Shown: one piece after another, positions 34,599 to 43,124 of the stretch
How positions within the stretch are numbered: position 1 is the stretch's first letter
Layout of the letters: every line of letters starts with the position of its first letter
Source of the DNA: an uncultured delta proteobacterium
GTDB lineage: Bacteria > Myxococcota_A > Polyangia > Polyangiales > B10-G4
Direction of reading: 5' to 3'
Assembly (NCBI GenBank): GCA_963727445.1
Contig: CAVSGI010000001.1
Coordinates: 396-64,395 of the forward strand
DNA length: 64,000 nt
The notes under the pieces: generated by a model
Database searches by the model: none
Told to the model about the DNA's origin: nothing
Seen by the model: the letters and a program-made list of their open reading frames with translations, nothing else
Made by a program: the position numbers and the translations under genes

Positions 34599-35123
34599 CT
34601 AACGGGGCGTCGGCCGTCCCAAGCGCTCTGCGGGCTCGGGCTCCTGGCTCTCCTGGGCCCAGGGATCGAGGACCTCGCTGGTGGCCGGCATCGGCCACGG
34701 CTCGTCGCGGGATTCGAAGGGGTCGAGGACCTCGCTCGTCACGGCCCAGTGCCTGCGCTCCATGCTGGCGCGGAGAAAGTCGGCGACGGCGAGGCCGATC
34801 CACGCCGCGCCCCGCTCACCCGAAGGAGCCGCGACGTGGGTGAGACGCCGCCGGCCGGCGGGTTCCTGAAAGAAGAGCTGCGCCGAGCGTCCGTCGCGCG
34901 CGACCACTACTGCGAGCGTGCCCCGCGTGTGCTCGACGCCGGCGTCGAGGAGCGAGACCACCGGAATGTTCAGCGCCCGCTCGACGACTTCGCGCACGCG
35001 CTGGGCGCCGACCTGTGTGCTCTGAGACTCCACGGTGACCGCGAGTGGTTCGTCCGCGCGCGCCCGGCTCACCCAGAGGCTGCCCAGACAGAGTGAGATG
35101 ACGAAGACCGTGACCGTTCTCAT
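34599..35123 (-). CDS. Hypothetical secreted protein (175 aa)
   Basis: The in-frame ATG at 35123 gives the signal peptide MRTVTVFVISLCLGSLWVSRARA. The rest of track ORF 34599..36581 is antisense shadow of the M2 peptidase gene. Confidence 0.5.
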   Translation of the reverse strand: MRTVTVFVISLCLGSLWVSRARADEPLAVTVESQSTQVGAQRVREVVERALNIPVVSLLDAGVEHTRGTLAVVVARDGRSAQLFFQEPAGRRRLTHVAAPSGERGAAWIGLAVADFLRASMERRHWAVTSEVLDPFESRDEPWPMPATSEVLDPWAQESQEPEPAERLGRPTPR

Positions 35124-35186
35124 GATGCCTCGAGTATACGCGACGCCGTTGACTCGGGCCGCCGGGGGCGGGCATGGTCCGGCGCC

Positions 35187-37025
35187 ATGAAGCCGCCCTT
35201 CCTCGTCGCCGTCCTCGTGACCGCGCTCCTCGCCTCCGCCTGCGGTACGCCCGGCGCGGGCCAGCCCACCACGCCGCCGCCGCCCACGCGGACGGTCCAG
35301 GACGAAGCCAACGACTTCCTGGCCTATTACACGCCGCTCATGGTGGGCCTCTACACGGAGATGGTCCGGGCGAGCTGGACCGCGAGCACCGACGTCAGCG
35401 AAGAGCACACCGGTCTGCGCACCGGCGCCGACACGGTCTGGGGTGCCTTCGTCGGCAGCGGCCTGGTGATCGACCGCGCGCGCACCCTCCTCACCCACGA
35501 GAGCGAGCTCGACGAGCTCACGGTGCGGCAGCTCCGCATGGTGCTCGAGAACGCCGCCGTCGCGCCCCAGACCAACCCAGAGCTCGCGCGCCGGCGCGTC
35601 GCAGTGGAGAGCGCTCAGTCGGCCATCCTCGACGGCTTCCAGTTCTGCCTCGATCGCCGGGGCGAGACCTGCCGCCGCCCGCTCACCACCAACGACATCG
35701 ACCGCGTGCTGGTGGAGTCCGACGACTTGCGCGAGCGGCTTCGATACTGGGACGCATCCAAGGAGGTCGGGGTGGCGCTGCGGCCCGGCCTCTCGGAGCT
35801 GCGCGACCTCCGCAACGCGACCGCGCGAGAGATGGGCTTCGCCGACTTCTTCGCCTATCGCATCAGCAACTACGGGATGACGCCGGACGAGATGATGGCA
35901 CTTCTCGATCGCATTCTCGAGGAGGTGCGTCCGCTCTTCGACGCGCTCAGCTGCTGGACGCGCTACCAGCTCGCCGAGCGCTTCGGCCAGCGCGGCGAGG
36001 TTCCAGCGCGGATCCCCGCGCATTGGATCGGCAACCGCTGGGCCCAGGCGTGGCCCGGCCTGGTCGAGACCGTGGACATGGACGCGCTGGTCGAGGACAA
36101 GGAGCCGGAGTGGATCGTCCAGCAGGCAGAGCGCTTCTACGTCTCCTTGGGCTTCCCCGATCTGCCCCAGACGTTCTGGGAGAACAGCGACCTCTACCCG
36201 GTCCCCGAGGGTGAGGAGCGCGAAAAGAACGATCACGCCAGCGCCTGGCACGTCGATTTGAACCAGGACGTGCGCAGCCTGATGAGCGTCGAGCCGAACT
36301 GGCGCTGGTTCGGCACCACCCACCACGAGCTCGGCCACATCTACTACTACCTGGCGTACTCCAACCCCAACGTGCCGCCGCTCCTTCGCGAGGGCGCGAA
36401 CCGCGCCTTTCACGAAGCGGTGGGCAACCTGATCGAGCTGGCCAGTGGTCAGATGCCCTACCTGCACCAGGTGGGGCTCATGCAGGAGGGGCAGGAGCCC
36501 GACCAGATCCAGGTGCTCCTCGACCGTGCCCTGACCGGCCCCATCGTCTTCTTGCCCTTCGCCATCGGCACCATGAGCCACTTCGAGAAGGCGCTCTACT
36601 CGGATGGTCTACCCGACGCGCAGTTCCAGTCGTATTGGTGGGAGCTCGCCGGCCAGTATCAGAACGTGGCGCCTCCCGACGAGCGCCCGGCCGACGGATG
36701 CGATGCGTGCAGCAAGACGCACATCATCGACGACCCGGGTGAGTACTACGACTACGCCCTCGCAGAGGTGCTCGTGTACCAGTTCCACGATCACATCTGC
36801 CGCGAGATCCTCCACCAGGACCCCCACGCCTGTAACTACTACGATCACCCCGAGGTCGGCGCGTACCTCTACGACATCCTGCGCGTCGGCGCGACCAAGG
36901 ACTGGCGGCAGGTGCTGATGGAGGCCACCGGCTCGGAGCTCAGCGCCCAGCCGATGCTCGAGTACTACCGGCCGCTCTTGGAGTATCTGAACGCACAGAA
37001 CGGCGACCGCTGCAGCGGCGACTAG
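35187..37025 (+). CDS. Peptidase family M2 (angiotensin-converting-enzyme-like peptidyl-dipeptidase) lipoprotein
   Basis: Lipobox MKPPFLVAVLVTALLASAC. The zinc site HHELGHIYYYLAY closely mirrors the ACE HHEMGHIQY. A downstream EAVGNLIELA supplies the third ligand Glu. 612 aa. Confidence 0.88.
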   Translation: MKPPFLVAVLVTALLASACGTPGAGQPTTPPPPTRTVQDEANDFLAYYTPLMVGLYTEMVRASWTASTDVSEEHTGLRTGADTVWGAFVGSGLVIDRARTLLTHESELDELTVRQLRMVLENAAVAPQTNPELARRRVAVESAQSAILDGFQFCLDRRGETCRRPLTTNDIDRVLVESDDLRERLRYWDASKEVGVALRPGLSELRDLRNATAREMGFADFFAYRISNYGMTPDEMMALLDRILEEVRPLFDALSCWTRYQLAERFGQRGEVPARIPAHWIGNRWAQAWPGLVETVDMDALVEDKEPEWIVQQAERFYVSLGFPDLPQTFWENSDLYPVPEGEEREKNDHASAWHVDLNQDVRSLMSVEPNWRWFGTTHHELGHIYYYLAYSNPNVPPLLREGANRAFHEAVGNLIELASGQMPYLHQVGLMQEGQEPDQIQVLLDRALTGPIVFLPFAIGTMSHFEKALYSDGLPDAQFQSYWWELAGQYQNVAPPDERPADGCDACSKTHIIDDPGEYYDYALAEVLVYQFHDHICREILHQDPHACNYYDHPEVGAYLYDILRVGATKDWRQVLMEATGSELSAQPMLEYYRPLLEYLNAQNGDRCSGD

Positions 37026-38088
37026 CTAGAAGCTATCTCAAAACTCGTGGGATCTAAGTCTGCGAGGATTAAGAAGAAAGCGTTGGGGGATCGACGTCGG
37101 ATCGGTTTTCTGATCTACGGTCTGAATGGATCTGACCGATCAGCAGTGGAAAATCCTGGAGCCCCTTCTTCCTGAGCGCGACAGACGTAGGGGCAGCCCA
37201 GGAAGGCCACGACGGTCTGCTCGTGAGGTGCTCGACGGCGTGCTGTGGATTCTACGCACCGGTGCGCAGTGGGGCGATCTGCCAGGACGTTATCCGCCGT
37301 ACCAGACATGCCACCGACGCTATCAGCAGTGGGTCGACGAAGGTGTGATGGAGCGAATGCTGCGAGCGTTGGCTGAAGACCTACGGGATCGCGGGAAGCT
37401 GGACCTGACAGAAGGATTCATCGACGGCACCCACGCGGGGGCCAAAAAGGGGGGCCTTGCGTTGGAAAAACTCGTCGCGGGAAGGCCACCAAGATCATGG
37501 CAGTCGCAGACGGCAATGGTCTTCCTATCGCCGCTCTCGATTGCGAGTGGTCAGCGTCATGAGGTCACGCTCGTCGACGAAACGTTAGACGCGGCCTTCT
37601 TGGACGAGCTGCCGCAACGTTTGATCGGAGACAAGGCGTACGACAGTGTTCGCGTGGCTGCAGAACCTCCGACGGCTCGTTACCCGCTACGAACGCCGGC
37701 CAGAAAACTTCCTGGGCTTCGTGCGGCTCGGCTGTCTCGTCATCCTGCTCAGACAGTTCTGAATCACCCAGTTCGAGAAACTCGTCCGAGATTGATTTAT
37801 CAGGCGCCGGAGGGAGGGTCGCACCCCGGGGTGTCCGGCCGTGCCAACGCGCACGCAGTGTCGCACCCGCGTTGGCACGGACGGACAGGGGACCTTGCGC
37901 GAGCGCTCTCTAGTCGGCAAGAAGGCGTAGCGGTGCCGTCAGGCGACGCGGAGCTGGATTGCCGACGAGACCACGTTGCTGGTCTTGCCTCGCGCTCGCA
38001 TCTGCAAGGTCCCCGAGCCCCGGGGTGGGACCCTCCCTTCGGCGCGGTCATGCAGTTCGCGAGCGCTGAGTTTTGAGATAGCTTCTAG
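37026..38088 (+). mobile_element. IS5-family (IS427-like) insertion sequence, decayed
   Basis: Perfect 21-bp terminal inverted repeats CTAGAAGCTATCTCAAAACTC (37026-37046) and GAGTTTTGAGATAGCTTCTAG (38068-38088). The outer CTAG can equally be read as a 4-bp target duplication. The element encloses a broken DDE transposase gene. Confidence 0.85.
37126..37762 (+). pseudogene. IS5/IS427-group transposase, frame-shifted and internally deleted
   Basis: [70 protein letters not shown].. is the typical N-terminus. The frame slips at gccAAAAAGGGGGGcc and returns near 37545 (..[18 protein letters not shown].. is in another frame). DKAYDS is joined directly to [38 protein letters not shown], so about 45 aa of the catalytic core are missing. 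Confidence 0.85.
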
Positions 38089-39884
38089 CCGCCGAAGCTG
38101 GTCTCCAGGCCGATGTCGGCGATGCTCCCCTCGGGGCCGCCCGAGTCGATCCCCGAATCGATCCCCGAATCGAACCCCGAGTCCATCCCCGAATCGATCC
38201 CCGAATCGATCCCCGAATCGAACCCCGAGTCCATCCCCGAATCGAACACGCACGCCGGGCTGGAGAGGCAGTCACTATCGGCGCAGTCGACGTCCATATC
38301 GCAGTCGTTGTCGACACCGTCGCGACAGGAGATCTCGCTGGGACACTCCGGATCCAGCCTGCACCCGCAACCCGAGTCTATGCCGCTGCCCGTGTCCACC
38401 CCCGTGCCCGTATCCACGCTCCCATCCGGCAGCCCAGCATCGAAGCAGCTCGGGTCTAGCGGTTTCATGCACATGCGCGTGCTCGGCGCCTCTCCGGTGT
38501 CGGTGCAGCTCCCCGACACGCAGAGCCAAAGGTGCTGGGTCCCGGACTGGGTCCCCTCGGTTACACATGGATCGCCCTCACACCCGAACCACATCTGATC
38601 CGTGGTGTCGCAAGTTCGGGTCGTGTCGACGGTCACTGTGCAGCTCTGCTGCGAGATCCGCGTCGGGCCCGGCACGCAGCTTCCGGAAGCGTCACAGGTG
38701 TAGGGCGTGGTCATGACCGTCTGGGTGCCCGCGCCCATGCAGATCTGGTCGGGCATCGCGTCTTCGAGAGACCCACAGGCGCCGACCACTTCGTCGTCGG
38801 GGCAATCCGCGTCGCTCGCGCATCCGACGCACGCGCGCATCCCTTCGTCACAGGTGGTGCTGCCGGCGCATGGATCGCCGCCCGGTGTACAGCTTCCGTC
38901 CGCGGCGCACGTGCCGGGCGCGGTGCAGAAGAGGCCGTCGTCGCAGGCCGCGCCCGCGCCGCCCGTGTTGGTGCAGGCGCCCGCCGTGGCGTCACACGCG
39001 TCGGTGGTGCACGCGTCCCCGTCGTTGCAGGTGACGCAGGCGCCGCCGCAGCAGCTCTGGCCCGTGCGACACAGGGCGGTGCGAACGCAGACGTCCCCTT
39101 CGCAGCGCGCGAGCTCGCAATCGGCGGGCTGGCAATTCGCGCCCGCGCCGGTCTCGACGCACCCGGCGCCGTACTGACAGCCGTTCATCGGATCGCAGAC
39201 CGGCGAGTCGGTGGACGCGGTGCAGAGATCGTTGCGCGCCTGGTGGATGCACTCGCCCCGGAAGCAGACGTCGTCTGTGCACCCCACCCCGTCGTTGCAG
39301 TCGAGCTCGGTGCGGCACGCGGGCTCGACGCCCCCGTCCGCCGTGCCGCCGTCGACCTGGTCCGGCAGCCCGGTGGCGGGGTAACGGCTCGGCTGACAGT
39401 CGCCGTTCTGGTTGCAGCTGGAATCCGGGCTCTCGCAGGGGTCGACGTAGAGGCACTGCGCGTAGAAGCGGAGCCTGAGGACGATGGCGTGGCCCTCCAC
39501 GTAGCCGCTGATCGCGCGCACCACCGCGATCGGGTCGGCGCTGCTCTCGTCGTAGAGCCGCCCCTCGATTCGGTAGAGCCGCGTGGGGTCGTCGTCTGCC
39601 GGGACCAGCGTGTGGGTGACGGGCCAGCTCCCGCCGGTGTCGGGATTGACGATGTCCTGCAGCGCCAGGCGGAGCTGCTGGGGTGCGCTTCCGTCGCCTC
39701 CAGGAACCGCCGCACCTCGGTCGGCACCCCAGGCGAGGATCTCGATGTCGCGCGCCACCTCGCGCACGGCGCGGTCCGCTTCGAAGACCACGGTCACCTG
39801 CGTCGCGGGCCTCGGATCGGGGCAGCCGCCAGCGGCGAGGACGAGGGCGAGAGCGACGGGCGCGACCGAGACCCGCGACATCAC
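38085..39884 (-). CDS. Secreted Cys-rich protein with a C-terminal (DSGx)n repeat
   Basis: Signal/lipobox MMSRVSVAPVALALVLAAGGC. The central 350 aa carry dozens of Cys (CNDGVGCTDDVC, CDGDACTTDAC, DGVDNDCDMDVDC). The C-terminus reads DSGMDSGFDSGIDSGIDSGMDSGFDSGIDSGIDSG. The stop TAG lies in the CTAG at the IS end. Confidence 0.8.
   Translation of the reverse strand: MMSRVSVAPVALALVLAAGGCPDPRPATQVTVVFEADRAVREVARDIEILAWGADRGAAVPGGDGSAPQQLRLALQDIVNPDTGGSWPVTHTLVPADDDPTRLYRIEGRLYDESSADPIAVVRAISGYVEGHAIVLRLRFYAQCLYVDPCESPDSSCNQNGDCQPSRYPATGLPDQVDGGTADGGVEPACRTELDCNDGVGCTDDVCFRGECIHQARNDLCTASTDSPVCDPMNGCQYGAGCVETGAGANCQPADCELARCEGDVCVRTALCRTGQSCCGGACVTCNDGDACTTDACDATAGACTNTGGAGAACDDGLFCTAPGTCAADGSCTPGGDPCAGSTTCDEGMRACVGCASDADCPDDEVVGACGSLEDAMPDQICMGAGTQTVMTTPYTCDASGSCVPGPTRISQQSCTVTVDTTRTCDTTDQMWFGCEGDPCVTEGTQSGTQHLWLCVSGSCTDTGEAPSTRMCMKPLDPSCFDAGLPDGSVDTGTGVDTGSGIDSGCGCRLDPECPSEISCRDGVDNDCDMDVDCADSDCLSSPACVFDSGMDSGFDSGIDSGIDSGMDSGFDSGIDSGIDSGGPEGSIADIGLETSFGG
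38141..38248 (-). repeat. 12-bp tandem repeat x9, organised as two 48-bp super-units, coding for (DSGx)n
   Basis: Read directly: ccgagtcgatcc ccgaatcgatcc ccgaatcgaacc ccgagtccatcc, then the same 48 bp with one change, then ccgaatcgaaca. Confidence 0.95.
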
Positions 39885-40597
39885 GGCCCTCCGAGGGTGA
39901 AGGTCACCTGCCCGGTGGTCCCGAGGGTCGGGTCCGCCTGTCCGGGGTCATAGGCGACGACGGCAGCGGTCACCACGCCACCGACGACGAGCGCGCCCAC
40001 GATCGTCCAGAACCACCAGGTCGTGTAGAAGGGTCGGCGCTCGGCGAGCTCGGCTTCGGCCGCGCGACGACGCTCCTCCTCCTGGCGCAGCTGCTCCTCG
40101 CGCGCCTCCTCCGCTTCCACCGAGGACCGAAGGGAACCGATGCGCGATTCGACCTCGGCGCGATTCGACGCATCCGGCACGCGCTCCAGGTAGTGCTCGA
40201 AAGCTTCGATCGCTTCGCGCTTGCGCTGAAGACGATCGAGAGAGGTGCCGATGTTGAAGAGGAGCACCGGTCGGTCGCTCAGCTCGAAGGCGGTCTCGAA
40301 GCTCTGAAGCGCATCCTCGAAACGGCCGTCGGCGAAGGCCATGCGGCCCGCTTCGAATCGGGTCCGGGCTTCCTGCTCGATGCGCTCGGCGCGCTCGTCG
40401 GCCGCGGCCCCGAAAGCGTCCGGCTCCTCCGGTGCTTCTTCTTCGACCGCCGCATCGGCGGCGACCTCGGTCTCGGGGGCTGGCTCTTCCGTCTCCTGTG
40501 CCGAGGCGACGCGTGCAAGCCACGTCGCAGCGCAGAAGAGCAAGACAAACGACGCACACCGGCGGAGCGGCACGAAGGGAGCATACCAAAAGGTCAA
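39881..40597 (-). CDS. Secreted/anchored TPR-like protein with a coiled coil and a C-terminal TM helix
   Basis: Signal peptide ..RRCASFVLLFCAATWLARVASA. GRFEDALQSFETAFELS..LLFNIGTSLDRLQRKREAIEAFEHYL is TPR-like. The charged coil EEAREEQLRQEEERRRAAEAE is followed by the TM helix WWFWTIVGALVVGGVVTAAVVAY. The likely start is the GTG at 40573 rather than the TTG at 40597. Confidence 0.6.
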   Translation of the reverse strand: MTFWYAPFVPLRRCASFVLLFCAATWLARVASAQETEEPAPETEVAADAAVEEEAPEEPDAFGAAADERAERIEQEARTRFEAGRMAFADGRFEDALQSFETAFELSDRPVLLFNIGTSLDRLQRKREAIEAFEHYLERVPDASNRAEVESRIGSLRSSVEAEEAREEQLRQEEERRRAAEAELAERRPFYTTWWFWTIVGALVVGGVVTAAVVAYDPGQADPTLGTTGQVTFTLGGP

Positions 40598-41412
40598 AGC
40601 TCCTGCTCCAGCATGAGCCGGCGCAGCGCCGCGGTGGCAGGAGGTAGCCGGCTCACGCCTCGATGGACCAGGGAAAAGGTTCGGTGGACGGGAGTGTGGG
40701 CATGCGGGAGCAGGGCGAAGGTGCCGTCCGAAAGCTCGCGATCGACGGCCGCGCGGCTCAGAAGCGCGATCCCGACACCCGCACGCACGTTGCCCTTTAC
40801 CGCGGCGATGCTGTTGAGCTCCATCACGATGTCCGCCTCCGGATAGAGACGGTCGAGGTGCGCCCGCGTCGTGGTCCCAGGGTTGAGCGTCACCACGGGC
40901 GCGCTGCCCACCGCGGAACCCGGCAGACCGATCCAGATCAGCGCGTCGTCCCGAAAATGCTCGCCCCGGCCGTCGCTGACGATGGCGAGGTCGAGCTCGC
41001 CCTTCTCGAGCCCGTCGAGCGCGTCGTCGGTCGTCGACTCCCGAACCTCGTAGCGCACTCCCGGATGGAGATGGACGAGGCGCGCGAGAATCGGCGGCAA
41101 CAGATAAGTGCAGACGGTGGCCCCCGCGCCCACAGCGACCCGGCCCGTGTCGAGGCGGCTCACCTCCGCGACGGCGCGCAACCCGTCCTCGACGGCGGAG
41201 AGAGCCGCGCGCGCACGCGGCAGGAGCGCCTCGCCTTCCGCCGTGAGCGAAGCCCCACGGCGGCCCCGGTGAAAGAGGCGGGCCCCAGCGCGCTCCTCGA
41301 GCCTCTGGATCGAAGCGGTGAGGGCGGGCTGGCTCAGATGCGCGTGGCGCGCAGCGGCGGTGAAAGTCCGGTGCTCCACGATCAGAACGAAGTGGCGAAA
41401 CGCATCAAGCAT
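40594..41412 (-). CDS. LysR-family transcriptional regulator
   Basis: MLDAFRHFVLIVEHRTFTAAARHAHLSQPALTASIQRLEERAGARLFHR is the LysR HTH, followed by a substrate-binding domain. Divergent from the TauE/SafE gene. Confidence 0.95.
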   Translation of the reverse strand: MLDAFRHFVLIVEHRTFTAAARHAHLSQPALTASIQRLEERAGARLFHRGRRGASLTAEGEALLPRARAALSAVEDGLRAVAEVSRLDTGRVAVGAGATVCTYLLPPILARLVHLHPGVRYEVRESTTDDALDGLEKGELDLAIVSDGRGEHFRDDALIWIGLPGSAVGSAPVVTLNPGTTTRAHLDRLYPEADIVMELNSIAAVKGNVRAGVGIALLSRAAVDRELSDGTFALLPHAHTPVHRTFSLVHRGVSRLPPATAALRRLMLEQEL

Positions 41413-41482
41413 CAGTGATGCTTATCGTAACAGACAATTCTATCCATTTGACCTATCAACGGTCCGAGCCCAGGCTCTCTCC

Positions 41483-42193
41483 ATGTTCGGCCTCATCCTT
41501 CCTCTCGGGATCGCCGCTGGCGCCCTGACCACCATCGCGGGGGTCGGGGGCGGGATGATGATGGTGTTGGTCCTCTCGCTGCTGGTCGAGCCCCAGTGGG
41601 CGCTGGCGGTCACGGCCCCCGCGCTCCTCCTCGGCAACGCGCATCGCGCCTGGGTCTTCCGCAGCTCGGTGGACCGCCGGCTGGCTCTTTCGCTGATCGC
41701 AGGTGCGGTGCCGGCCGCCTTCGTCGGGGGCCTGTTGACGGTGCGGATCGAGGAGTGGGTGCTGCACTGGCTCATCCTCAGCGCCACGCTCTTCGCGCTC
41801 CTCAAGCAGCTCGGCCGCTTCGACTGGTCGCCGGGCCCGAAGGCGATGCTTCCCGTCGGCGCGGGCACCGGCTTTCTCACCGCGACCACCGGCGGCGGCG
41901 GCCTGCTCCTCGCCCCCATGCTCCTCTCCGCCGGCCTGCGCTCCGAAGCTTACGTGGCCACCGCCGCGACGGTGGCCACGGCGATGCACGTGGGCCGGAT
42001 CGGCGGCTACGGCATCGGAGGCCTGATCGACGCGCACACCCTCACCATCAGCGCCGCCCTCGCCCTCGCCATCATCGCCGGCAACTGGTTGGGGAAGAAG
42101 AGTCGCGAGCACATGAGCGAACGCTTCAAGCTCGCCGTCGCCTGGGGCGCGATGCTCGTCGCGATGGGGCTGGCCGTCGCGGGCGTCGCCTGA
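41483..42193 (+). CDS. TauE/SafE family sulfite/anion exporter-like membrane protein
   Basis: The in-frame ATG at 41483 gives MFGLILPLGIAAGALTTIAGVGGGMMMVLVL..; a second GTGFLTATTGGGGLLLAP motif; about 7 hydrophobic spans. This is the typical TauE/SafE (DUF81) pattern. Confidence 0.85.
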   Translation: MFGLILPLGIAAGALTTIAGVGGGMMMVLVLSLLVEPQWALAVTAPALLLGNAHRAWVFRSSVDRRLALSLIAGAVPAAFVGGLLTVRIEEWVLHWLILSATLFALLKQLGRFDWSPGPKAMLPVGAGTGFLTATTGGGGLLLAPMLLSAGLRSEAYVATAATVATAMHVGRIGGYGIGGLIDAHTLTISAALALAIIAGNWLGKKSREHMSERFKLAVAWGAMLVAMGLAVAGVA

Positions 42194-42206
42194 GGACGGA
42201 CCGCGC

Positions 42207-43124
42207 TCAGCGCACGGCGTCGTAGCTGCGTGCGTGCAGGTTGAGGCGGAGCCCGCCGCTGAGCGTGCCCGCGTTGATGACGTCGGCGCCGCCCCACAGG
42301 TCGACGCTGAGCCAGGGACGGACGAAGAGCTCGACACCCAGGCGCGCTTCGAGGGTCCAGCGACCGACGAAGTCGCGGGTGTGGCTCACGCAGTCGCCGA
42401 GGACGCTTGTCACTTCCACGCCGACGCCCTGACCACCGGCCATCACCTCGCCCCGGATGCGAACGGGACCCACGGGGATCGCTACCCCCAGGACGACGCC
42501 GCCGGTGACGGCGGAGACGTCACCGGCGGTGAGGGAGCGGGCGCCGAGCCGGACCTGGCCCGTCGGCGCCCCGCCGGTGGAGCCGTCGACCTCGATCCCC
42601 GTGAGGAAGTAGCGGCCGATGGCGACCGTCGCGCGGAAGTTGATCCCGCCCGTCATCACGGTCGGGTCTTGAAGGTCCCCAGCGTTGAGGACGAAGGAGT
42701 AGGGGTTCGCGTCGTGATAGGTGACGCCGCCGAAGGTGATCCCGTCGAGAGAGAGGCGCCGGAAGGAGGGACCGAGCTCGAAGCGGATCGCCGGCCACGT
42801 CGAGTTCCACCCTGCGCCGAAGCGCGTGCACTGCTCGAAGCCGGTGATGTCCGTCTCGTCTCGGCAGGGTGCCGTGCCGATCTCGATCCCTCCGCCACTG
42901 CTGGAGGAGGAGGAAGAAGACGAAGACGAAGAGGAGTAGTCGTCGTCGCTCCAACTCGATCCCCCCGCATTGCTGCTGCTCGATCCGGAGCTGGAGGAAG
43001 ACGACGACGACGACGACGACGAGCCCGGCGGCTCGCATCCGTCGTTGGCCCGCGCGACACCCGGATCCACGAAGCAGAGCAACGCGAGGATCGGAAGGCA
43101 GAGGAAGAGCCGGAGCTCGGTCAT
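42207..43124 (-). CDS. Secreted protein with two poly-Ser tracts and a beta-rich (possibly outer-membrane barrel) C-terminal domain
   Basis: The in-frame ATG at 43124 gives the signal peptide MTELRLFLCLPILALLCFVDPGVARA. Then PPGSSSSSSSSSSSSGSSSSNAGGSSWSDDDYSSSSSSSSSSSSSGGG, followed by alternating Gly/hydrophobic strands ending ..GGLRLNLHARSYDAVR. The start overlaps the upstream stop. Confidence 0.65.
   Translation of the reverse strand: MTELRLFLCLPILALLCFVDPGVARANDGCEPPGSSSSSSSSSSSSGSSSSNAGGSSWSDDDYSSSSSSSSSSSSSGGGIEIGTAPCRDETDITGFEQCTRFGAGWNSTWPAIRFELGPSFRRLSLDGITFGGVTYHDANPYSFVLNAGDLQDPTVMTGGINFRATVAIGRYFLTGIEVDGSTGGAPTGQVRLGARSLTAGDVSAVTGGVVLGVAIPVGPVRIRGEVMAGGQGVGVEVTSVLGDCVSHTRDFVGRWTLEARLGVELFVRPWLSVDLWGGADVINAGTLSGGLRLNLHARSYDAVR
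42896..43023 (-). repeat. Two trinucleotide-repeat tracts coding for poly-Ser
   Basis: On the + strand: ..ctgctggaggaggaggaagaagacgaagacgaagaggag.. and ..ggagctggaggaagacgacgacgacgacgacgacgag.., i.e. runs of Ser codons on the - strand. Confidence 0.9.

Noticed and set aside
35124-36581. The upstream part of track ORF 34599..36581 (-)
   Set aside because: It is antisense to the ACE-like M2 peptidase. Only the segment from the ATG at 35123 with a signal peptide is plausible.
38141-38248. Tandem repeats as a possible CRISPR array
   Set aside because: The 12-bp units have no spacers and lie entirely inside a coding region ((DSGx)n). There are no cas genes in the window.
42721-42939. + strand ORF ending in poly-Glu/Asp (LLEEEEEDEDEEE)
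   Set aside because: It is the mirror image of the poly-Ser codons of the - strand secreted protein, which has a signal peptide and an ordered C-terminal domain.
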